Assembly (NCBI RefSeq): GCF_040938485.1
Contig: NW_027270992.1
Coordinates: 3,100,001-3,164,000, forward strand
Reading direction: 5' to 3'
From: Diadema antillarum
Taxonomy: Eukaryota
Length of the DNA stretch: 64,000 bases
Numbering within the stretch: position 1 is the stretch's first letter; every line of letters starts with the position of its first letter. The position numbers and the translations under genes were made by a program. Positions 50,801 through 60,639 of the stretch are shown here, in pieces. The notes beneath the pieces are model-generated. The model was not told where the DNA came from. It searched no databases and was given only the letters and a program-made list of their open reading frames with translations.

Positions 50801-53551
50801 ATACGGGTTTGATTGTGAAAGTGTATTATCATATTTCAAGCTTTATAACTCTCTCAGAGACTTTGGACATTGATATGTACGATGCTATCATGGGAAACTT
50901 TTTTGCCAAACGGTACGTTCAACGAAGTGTTTGGCTCTTTGGCACTGGGAAAAGGCGTATTTCAAGAACTACCACCAGTAGGCCCTTATCATTTTTGAAT
51001 CTTCATCATTGAATCAATGGATGAGTACCGGCAATACAACATGAAACACGCACTTAGATATTCCTAATGTGCTACAGGTCTATATAGGCGTATCACTTCA
51101 TGTCACTGATGTCATTATTGATATCATAATCCTTACAAGACAACTTTCTTCATTAACCAACTAATGCAATTTTATAGACGACTAAGTTTGTAGATCTGAA
51201 TATAACTTCTTAAGAAATGGTTTACAATTATGTCGCGGTATTCCCTATTGGAAACTTTGGCTAAATTCGATAGATTTCTTCCTTAAATGAAAATGTTTGT
51301 TAAGAAACCATGGATTTATTTTGTGTCAAGTTCACACACACAAGAGTAAGCAGGAATAAAACGAGAAAGATGTATTGCGTATTTCAAACTAACCATCTGA
51401 ATCAGGAAGAATGAGTTTACGAGCCCAAACCCAAAACAGCCGATCGCTAGGCACCAGACATCAGGATATGTCATCGCAACAAGGATACCTACTCCAAGCG
51501 ATCGTTGGATGATGTGGCTGTCGATTCCAGAGGTTTCATCTAAACTTTGACATGATGTTTTGCTCACACAAGAACTCATTCCGTCTTCTGAACTGTCGAT
51601 GAAAACTGTCGCATTTTCCTCCTCTGACGTCTTCGAAGCACGAAACACAGGACTTTTGGCATCATCTCCTTCGGTGTCCCTAGCAACGGTCGCCCTTCTT
51701 GTAGGATCATTTTGCAAGTGTACTTTTTCCGAGACATCAACTTTGGTAGCAGTAGACTCCTCCGCTGCAAGGGGTTTCCGGTGCGTCCAGGCACAAATAG
51801 GAAGGACGAGTACAGCGATAATGCCTGCTATAGTTCGTAAGGTGTTTCTCCAGCCAAAACGATTGTTGAAGAAGTAGATGAACGGTCCAAGGGACAACAT
51901 ACCTGACAACAAAGTCATATAATTATGTACAAGGCTCAACACTTGAATTTAATGTTTGGTATATAGCCCCCCCCCCCCCGAAAAAAAAAAATGTAGAGAC
52001 CATAGAAAGGAAGTCAATAATAATGAAACATCAATACGATTCAATAAAGCATGATGATTATCAGTTATTGCGGGGGAAATTAGCAGGTATTAGAAAGTGC
52101 TTCGAACACCACTTACGATTAACAAGAAGTTAGGAAAGGAATAGGTGAAAAATCAAATAATTTACTACGATATTTAAATAACTTTAAGCCACGATATCAA
52201 GCGAGAACAGGCAGGAAAAAGGGCTGTGAATAAGCTCGCTAAGTTTAATATTTTCAAAGTTAAATGCAGGCATAAACATGATTTCCATGGCACCAGAAAT
52301 CAATGAAATTAATGTGTCCACCATAAAGGCAGTGCAAGGGAAAAAAGGCCAAAATAGACTAGGCTTGGCTATGAAGACTAGTGTGAATCTGGTGATGGCA
52401 TATCTGTAAGATATCAGATGTTGATTAGATTTATTGACAACTAAGAAGATGGAATGACAATGACCGAAAGTTTTCATAACTAGTCGGTGAAAGCCATCGC
52501 AGTGTTCCGTTTGGAAAAAAAAAAACTTTGACGTGCTTTAAAGCGCCTGCATTGGTAGCAAATAGGTATGTGTAATAAAGATACGTTTAGATAAGTAGGC
52601 CCTACTCGGTGTAATATACCGTAGTAAATGAACAGACATGGGAAATTATTGTGCCTGGACCCAAGAAATCAAAAACAACCTGATCTATGTATAAACCAGT
52701 TTCTGTCTGACGACCAGGGCAAGGTAATCATGTGTGATTTGTTGTCAGTATCATACAAATACGCACAAAGACTGAGTGGTGGTAAAGGGCACTATAAATA
52801 GAATGATCAATAGCAAACAACCAATCAAATGACAAGGATCTATCAAGGTGTTATATGATATCACAACACGCATTGGCGTGTGAGAAATTTGCACCTTCTT
52901 TGTGAGTTGTCCATTTTATGATAGATAATAATGAAGATTGTGTGATGTCAGAACAAGAAAGTGAACCTATCAGAAATCTCCACTGAGAGTCCATTGTATA
53001 GGTTATCATTCTTACCTAAATTGGATGAGGCCATCGGCAGAGTAACGGCAGCCATGAGATGACGCAGTGGGAAGTACACATGAAGGAGTGAGAAAGAGCC
53101 GAACATGATGCAACCGGTACCCACCCCATAGAGCAGGCTGTAGGTGAAGAATGTTGGTGTGATGCTCGGCATGAGTGAGGTCAGTAATAGCCCTATGGCA
53201 AGAGCGGCGACTCCGCACGTCACTACACAGCGGTAGCCGAACCGCTCGACGAGCAGGTTGACGGGTATGGAGATTATTGCCGAGATTCCAAATGGCGCCG
53301 ATCCGATCCAGGCTGTGTTAAAAGGGAGCGCTTGACGATTTTATAAACACTCCGGACCGGTTTCAGTTTTGGAGATGGGTCTTATAATACGATGGCCCCC
53401 TGTCTATAGTGGCCACCTGCCGACCACTAAGCACAATATATATATATATATATATATATATACGATATATATATATAGACAGTGCGAGAAGATCCACGGA
53501 CATTACAGGGCATTCACAGACTAGCTAGTTCTGTACACGGACGGGAACCCT

Positions 53552-53642
<91 letters not shown>

Positions 53643-55598
53643 GTTAGTAGAGTGTGGACTGCAATATGGCTGACAGTGCTCAACTATAATAGGAGCCAAT
53701 GTAGTACAAGATATAGTAGGGTGGAAGGCGTTGCTTTATTAGTGACTTAGCTGGACAGTCTGTTTCTGCCGAAGCCTCGTCAGCAACTTAATCAGTTTAT
53801 TGTTAAAGTACAGTGTAAGATATACGGCTGTGGTGCACTCAAGCAAGCAAACAACAGATACAAAAGATACATGCACGAAGGTCAACCAATGGAAAAACAC
53901 CACCGCAGTCATCAGCTGGTTCAAGGGTACCCCGACAAGGCAAAACTCAACATTCCTTTCGTTCGACGTAGTCAACTTCTACCCGTCCATTGACAGGAAA
54001 CTGCTCAACAAGGCCACCAAATAGTCAAAAACATTCACCACGATAACGCCAGCCGAAGAAGACATCATCTTTCACGCCAGGAACACCCTCCTTTTCAATG
54101 ACAACGAGCCTTGGCAAAAAGCAAACGCAGACGACCTCTTCGATGTCACGATGGGCTCATACGATGGAGCTGAGACATGCGAACTTGTGGGTGCATACAT
54201 ACTAGGAGAAATCGGCACCGTAATCCCCAAAGAAAACATCGGGCTCTACCGAGACGATGGTCTTGCCATCATCCATAAACCCCGCAGAGCAGCCGAGAAC
54301 ACCAAAAAGATGCTCTGCGAAAAATTCAAAGAGTTCAGGCTACAGAGAACGGCCAGTGCAAATTATTTCCTCGATGTCACATTCGACCTCACCAAGAAGG
54401 AATTCAAACCGTACTCGAAGCCAGGGGACTCACACCTATACGTACATACAGAATCCAATCATCCACCCACCGTCACCAAGAGAATACCACAGTCCATCCA
54501 GACCAGCCTAACCAACATCTCCAGCAACGAGGACATCTTCAACAGCACCAAACCAGACTACGAGAAAGCACTCCACAAGGCCGGACACCAAACAACATTG
54601 ACGTGCACACTCCCAAAGAGACAAACAGCTGCAGAGAAGAAAGAACACCAAAGGAAACAAAACATAACGTGGTTCAACCCCCGTTCAACAGACATGTTAA
54701 AACAAACTTCGGGAGGTAGTTCCTAGCCCTCGTCGAACATCACTTCCCTAAAGGGCATCAGCTTCGCAAGATATGCAACAAGAACACCCTGAAAGTAAGC
54801 TCCAGTTGCATGGACAATATGCATACCACAACAAAGGCACACAACAACAAAATAATCAACAACAGTCAAGAGCAAGCCAATGACTCCTGCAACTGCAGAA
54901 AGAAGGAGGATTGCCGATCCCTGGGAAATGCACAGCCAGGAACATCCGAAGCGAAGGTAGCGACCCCAGACGACGAAAAAGTATATATCGGCCTCACCTC
55001 AACCTCTTTCAAATCAAGATATGCCACACACAAGGCAAGCTTCACAAACAGGGAAAAACGACACCAGACAGAACCGAGCAAATACATCTGGGGACTGAAA
55101 GATGAAGGCACTCCCTACTCACTCACTTGGAGGATCATCAGGCACGCCCAACCGTACTCTCCCAAAACAAACCGGTGCAACCTGTGTCTATTGGAGAAAC
55201 ACTACATCATCACGGCCAAGAAACCAGCAATCCTGAACTCAAGAACAGAACTCATTTCAACATGACTAAACATAAGAAAAAGTTTTCCCTTGCAGAGCTT
55301 CGGCTACCGCTGTGTAGTAACGTGCGGAGTCGCCGCTCTTGCCATAGGGCTATTACTGACCTCACTCATGCCGAGCATCACACCAATATTCTTCACCTAC
55401 AGCCTGCTTGCACAACTTTATAGTGTTGTTAATTAGTCACGTGCATGTATCTTTTGTATCTTTTGTTTGCTTGCTTGAGTGCACCACAGCCGTATATCTT
55501 ACACTGTACTTTAACAATAAACTGATTTAGTTGCTGACGAGGCTTCGACCGAAATAGACTGTCCAGCGAAGTCACTAATAAAGCAATGCCTTCCATCC

Positions 55599-55664
<66 letters not shown>

Positions 55665-56748
55665 GTATCTTCAGCTGCTAAACCCCTGGGCCGTCGCATC
55701 TTATAGTAGTGTTGTATAACGAGAGTAAAGAAGAGGCGGTAGACGTTGCTTTTGTATCTATAGATCTATATAGATCTATAGACGTATCTATAGATTTTGT
55801 TCTTCCCTTCCTGTACACTTATTTCTGGTTAAGAACGCTACTTATGTGTCCTGTTCTTCTTTTTCTTGTGCCTATGTTCCGCTTATTTACACATACACCC
55901 CTTGATGTAATTGCTATTATGATTTTATTAATCGCCGTTATTGTCTATTGGTTGCCTGTCTTGACATAATGTGAGGAGATTTACAATTGTGTTTGTGCGT
56001 ACTTAAATTTATTCGTATCTATTATGTACATGTGTGTGCGCAGATGTTTAGTCATACGCATTTGTAAGTGCTTATGCTTGTTTGTGATTGTATGTATGTA
56101 TGTTATATTATGTAAGATTGACGTATATATACACTCCCAATTTAATAGTGTATTTATTTTCTGCCGTCTCTGCCTCTACCATTGTTGTTATCATTTTCAC
56201 TATTTCCTTGATCATCATTATTTTTTGTATATGATATCCATGTTTTGTATTTTGTCCGATTTGTCCTCAGTCTTGATAAAGGGCAGAGCCCGAAAGCTTG
56301 AAGTAAAATCAAATTGTGAGGATTAAAAAGCAACGTCTACCGCCTCTTCTTTTATCTCGTGTTATATATCTTTCGGGATTTTTTTTTTTTTTTTTTTTGT
56401 AATCGCAACTGGAATTGAGTCTCACTGGATATGAGACCTCCCATTTATGTCTGATAAATGGAATAGTATTAGGCCTAATGATTTCATTCCACATATTTCT
56501 GGGTTTCTTATTGTTGTTGTTGAGAACTATTTATATAAACTTTCTTGACAAGAGATTATTGAAACAAAGAAAAGACACCCACCGACTGTCGTAACGCTAG
56601 AGTTAAACTCCTCCTGCAAGCTGACGAGGAGAATACTAAAAGACAATATAACCCCGAAGCTGAAGTAAAAGGCGAGGCAAGTCGAACCCGTCACTACCCA
56701 GCCCCACGACGTCCTGATCCGCTTGGCGAGGCCTGGTTTACCAGCCAT
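47617..56748 (-). CDS. SLC16-family (monocarboxylate transporter-like) MFS transporter gene, spliced, 511 aa
   Basis: Six phase-compatible exons: 56748-56583, 53312-53016, 51902-51394, 49905-49680, 49067-48924, 47810-47617; total 1536 nt. Motifs SWGWVV in TM1, ERFGYR, YSLLYGVGTG, FGWRNTLR, long acidic central loop, TM7-12. Confidence 0.9.
48924..49067 (-). CDS. SLC16-like exon 5
   Basis: tttcag|QGSVVMSVGSSLPFSIANHVFG..YGVGVILASVL G|gtatta. Confidence 0.87.
49680..49905 (-). CDS. SLC16-like exon 4
   Basis: tgccag|VSYMLSLGFTEANGAQAVVVVGIALMVGKVIVALVSD..MTLLV G|gtgagc. Confidence 0.9.
51394..51902 (-). CDS. SLC16-like exon 3
   Basis: tgtcag|MLSLGPFIYFFNNRFGWRNTLR..FFLIQM|gttagt. Confidence 0.9.
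53016..53312 (-). CDS. SLC16-like exon 2
   Basis: acacag|WIGSAPFG..LVERFGYRCVVTCG..YSLLYGVGTG..MASSNL G|gtaaga. Confidence 0.9.
53557..53641. repeat. (CT)n(AT)n compound microsatellite left of the Penelope element
   Basis: Direct reading. Confidence 0.95.
53750..53787 (-). ncRNA. Minimal type I hammerhead ribozyme in the inverted Penelope repeat
   Basis: Minus strand reads GTTG CTGACGA GGC-TTCG-GCA GAAA CAGACT GTC CAGC. Confidence 0.7.
55299..55408 (+). repeat. 110-bp inverted duplicate of part of SLC16 exon 2 (53132-53241) embedded in the Penelope element
   Basis: Reverse complement of 53132-53241 with 2 substitutions (gtagtgacg>gtagtaacg; ccaacattc>ccaatattc). Confidence 0.92.
55530..55567 (+). 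ncRNA. Minimal type I hammerhead ribozyme in the Penelope 3' repeat
   Basis: GTTG CTGACGA GGC-TTCG-ACC GAAA TAGACT GTC CAGC: CUGANGA, GAAA and GUC core; stem I GUUG/CAGC. Confidence 0.7.
55602..55662. repeat. (AT)n(AG)n compound microsatellite right of the Penelope element
   Basis: Direct reading; reverse complement of the left compound repeat. Confidence 0.95.
56583..56748 (-). CDS. SLC16-like exon 1
   Basis: MAGKPGLAKRIRTSWGWVVTGSTCLAFYFSFGVILSFSILLVSLQEEFNSSVTTV G|gtgggt. Confidence 0.85.
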
Positions 56749-58366
56749 GACTGAACCTGATCCTGAAGTCGGCACGATCTGTTTGACAGAGTTTGAACAA
56801 ATGGCGTTTGAGGTGCAATTCCATCTCATTAAAAGTCGACTGGGATACAGAGTAATTTCGAACACGCAGTGTGGCTGAGGTTAAATCATTATCGTATATA
56901 TATATATAAGAATGTGAAATCTGAACGTGCCACACGTTCTCAGCAAACAGCATTATTCGTACACTTTGTACCTATAACAATGCGAATGAGATTAGGCGAT
57001 TCACCTATAACCTCAGAAGTCTTCTATCGTTGTGTAGAAACGCTAATTCTTAATATAAGTAGATGTCTTCTTTTTACATAAATCAAAAAAAGAAGAAAAA
57101 TGAACCCGTCGCATGATTTTTGTTTTGTAGGCACTAATGACATATTGGAAAAAGAATTGTAGTTATTGAGGAGATAAAAAAAAAAAAAACATAGAACCTG
57201 TTAATAACACATGGCAAATTGTAAATAGACGTTGCGTTATTGTCCAAGTGTTAAAGTTTTGGTTTTTTTTTTCATAGTATTTAATGGGGAGGCAATCGCC
57301 TTCCTCCCCCTACCGTGATCGACGCCCCTACTCGGTACTCTTTTATAGTAGTGATCTGGTGATAAACACTGTAACCGGTGCAGCCATAGAAATAAATGCC
57401 TCTTTCAAAGGTATTCGAAATTACAAAAACAAAGACGTAACGATATTTGTACAACATAAATCAGTTACAGTCCTATAAAAAGTAGATATCGCAGTCGCAC
57501 TCTGAACTTTGTAAGGCCTCTTAGACAATTACCATTGTCATGGTCTTTTTTGGGGGGAGGGGATGGGCTTTTAATTTTGATATTTTGATGTTCACTCTTC
57601 AGAGCAGATAGACGTTACTGTGATCGCCGTCCACCATTAATGAAAATATTTCAGCAGTGGAAAGATGTTCTGTATGTATATATAATAACTTGTGCGTGTT
57701 GTGTAAGAAATCTGTTCAAAGGAAAATAAACAACTTGTGCTATTCCCGGAAGAAACGTAAAATAGAGAATAATGGAGAACTGAAAATCAAAACACAGAAT
57801 CCGACCACACATATTCGCAAACAAGAATGAACAAGAATCGTTAAAAATATGCCATCGCTTCTATTCATCTGAAAAACCATGATTGTGTTTTAACGTATGT
57901 ACAATCATTACACAAAAATAGTTCAGTTTTTTTTTTTTTTTTTTTTAACCACACATCATTACTTTCTTGCACCGAGAACTATGGCTAAGTGAATAACATC
58001 CCCAAAATGGCACTATCTTTCTTGCCAGTGTACCATAGCAACAGCGTGCGTTGAGTTAAAAGCCACATTCAAAAGCAAAATATTACTGAGAACTTTCGAG
58101 GCACATTTTCATCACTGAAATATACCATGGTTCGAGAAATTCTGCAAACCTAACGCGCGAAGTATGGAGAAGAATTTCAAACAATACCATTGCTCATACG
58201 TATAGCTTTAAGTCCCCTCCCCTCCCCCTCCCCCCTCCCCCTCCCCCCCCTATACTGCCGATAAAGTTCACAAAGTTGTTGTGAGAACAGTCGACCACAT
58301 TAATAACGATCAAGTTAACACTACACGTACATAATATGAGATAAAACTTTGTGTAGCATTCGCATT

Positions 58367-58504
58367 GTCAGGGGGGATCCAGGAATTCCGTAAAGGGGGG
58401 GGGGGGCGTACGCGCCTTTTTTTTTATCATTTTTTCGTTTTACTTCCTTTGTTTTAACGAAAACTACAGGGGGCGCCCTCCCCCCCCCCCCCGATCCACC
58501 ACTG
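58367..58504. mobile_element. Short MITE CAGGGG.GATCC..GATCCACCACTG
   Basis: Imperfect TIRs around poly-G and poly-C tracts. Confidence 0.55.
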
Positions 58505-58599
58505 ATTGTGTCTAGTATACTCCTCTCCACTTAAAGACCCACTAAAATGATTCTGAAGTTTTTTTTTTTCAAGTAATTTGATCATGTGAAGTGTTTCAT

Positions 58600-59022
58600 C
58601 ATGGCCGGCGCCACGTTTTCAAAGGTGGAGGGGGGGCACTATATACGGGGTTTTATGAGCAAATAAGCAAAAAAAAAAAAAAGTCTTTTGCAAGCTCTGC
58701 TTTCAGGCTTTCCCTATATTTCCAACATTACGCTGTAAATAACTTGTATGCGTTTATTTATTTCTTCCTCAATTCATGGTGTTTATATGATATTTCGGCG
58801 TATTGAGAATATGTATTTTTAATTTCCATAATTATTATTGTTCTTTTCTCGTTATATGTTTGTACATTGCCAGTCTTTAATGAAAATGAAATAAACGAAA
58901 CGAACGTAAAACAAAAGTTTCATTTTATTTTTTTTTTCTAGTGCCACTTCCTAGATAAAAAAGTGGGGGACCCACAGTGATGACACCCTATGTAGTCCTA
59001 TGTACGGGTTCCACCGGCCCTA
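58600..59022. mobile_element. G/C-tract MITE with CAGGGCCGG-type TIR, copy 2
   Basis: GCCGGCGCCACGTTTTCAAA at left; CTAGTGCCACTTC..GTGATGACACC..CCGGCCCT at right. Confidence 0.6.
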
Positions 59023-59794
59023 TTCATTACTGAGCAATGTTCATTTTGTGCGAACTTCTTAGCCTTTTTGACTTTTGTACAATATTTTTACCTACTCTAG
59101 CAAAAATTAAGCAAGCAGCAAAAGCGTGAGGTTCTCTTTCGCATTAACGATGTAACTCTACTTGTCATTGTCATCATGGCACCAATTTCAAAATCCAAGA
59201 GGGGCATACTTCTAAATCCTGTGATAACTGAGGTTTGGACAATTTCATCCGCATCTGTTCTGTCAAAGTCAGACAGCATTGAAATAACATACACGAAGTG
59301 GCTAGAAACACATTTTTTGATTCACAATCATGGGTTGTTGTTTGAGCTGTTTCTACGATATTGATGTCAGGATAATTGGATATGGCCATCAAGCCTCAAA
59401 ATGCGTGTATAATTAGAAGCATTATACCACCTCAAAATTACTTGCCAGAGTGTGCAGTATATTAGTGTCTCATTTATGAAACTTGAGCATTAGACCCATA
59501 AGTACGGTGTCTTGTTTCACTAAAAAAAAAAGCTTAAATAGCATATCGCCCTTCTCGTCATCCCATCATTGGGATGTTTAAATGAGAACGCATGCGCACG
59601 AAACAAAACCGATCAAAAGATACGCCCATCAGGCTGGGAGAAAAGACTGTTCATAATTAACCAATATCGTGAAATCATATCAGTCCTACTATAATCTGTC
59701 GGGAGAGCACAGACGCCGTCTACTGCTGGGGAGTATTGTCCAGTAAAACCTATACTTTACTCGTGGCCTTTTGACTCGCCTACCTACAGCCACC

Positions 59795-59885
59795 ATGGCT
59801 TACCAAGAAGATCTTCTCCAAAGGATTGGGAAGTTTCGCATCTTCTTACTTTTCATTTTCACGTCGCTCCCCTTTGTACATGCAG
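59795..59885 (+). CDS. Probable first coding exon (signal peptide) of an unidentified secreted or membrane-protein gene
   Basis: gccaccATGG Kozak context; MAYQEDLLQRIGKFRIFLLFIFTSLPFVHA then G|gtaagc phase-1 donor. No downstream exon identified in the window. Confidence 0.65.
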
Positions 59886-60639
59886 GTAAGCGATAACCAC
59901 ACATTTGCAAATTAACAGCACAAAACTTTTCCATAAAAATGCGATTTCATGTCATTCCGAGGCTGACTTTTATAAAGAGTAAAATTGGCGAAAAAAATGA
60001 TAGACGTTTGTTTCATCAAATTTAAAGTAAAAAAAAAAGGAAGTTATGGAATATTCACATGCTTTCACGTGTGGTGATAATGGTTACCAACTGAGTGTAA
60101 TACAAATAAACTGAAGTTATGTGGTCAGCTGATTTGATTTGTGCAGAAAAAAAAAGAAAATAACCGTTATACCAATGATGCTTCCTTAAGTACACCTACA
60201 ACCCGTCTCCCGTTAATCTTCATCACTGCTAAATTACTGCAACATTATTTTTTCTCTCTTTTTATCAAAATCACATTATCTACACATAATTGGCAACGAT
60301 TTGAAAAATGACAAGAGAAACATTCAGAGAAAAATCATACACACAACAACTTTTTACCTATGGAAACACCAGGGGAAAAAAAAAATAAGTAAAAAAAAAA
60401 TATCCATGGTGACTCAATATGACATATATTTGTTTAAAATCATGTGAATTTAGTATGAAGATGACATACACTGTATTCAATTTTGAGTGCACTGATAGAG
60501 AAATAGTACATGTATCAAAGTACTGTCACTTACAATAAGAAGCTGGATAAGAATACTGATCACTAAAGAAGTTTTGAATATTAGAAATCGAACCTCCATT
60601 TTCTAAAGCAAATAGGAAACTTATTCCTTTTCTTATCTA

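Larger units (their letters stand above)
53712..55605 (+). mobile_element. Penelope-like retroelement (RT + GIY-YIG), 5'-truncated and decayed, with inverted terminal repeats, in SLC16 intron 1
   Basis: RT motifs FLSFDVVNFYPSI, DVTMGSYDGAETCELVG, GLYRDDGL, FLDVTFDL; GIY-YIG part YIGLTSTSFKSRY..H..CNLCLLEK..RTELIST; stops and frameshifts. 53712-53877 is the reverse complement of 55440-55605. Confidence 0.92.

Noticed and set aside
55127-55423. 98-aa ORF as a functional chimeric Penelope-SLC16 protein
   Set aside because: The captured exon is read out of its transporter frame and the upstream element ORF is broken; only the DNA-level capture is supported.
59097-59392. Overlapping short ORFs upstream of SLC16 as an extra exon or gene
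   Set aside because: No recognisable homology or convincing splice sites.
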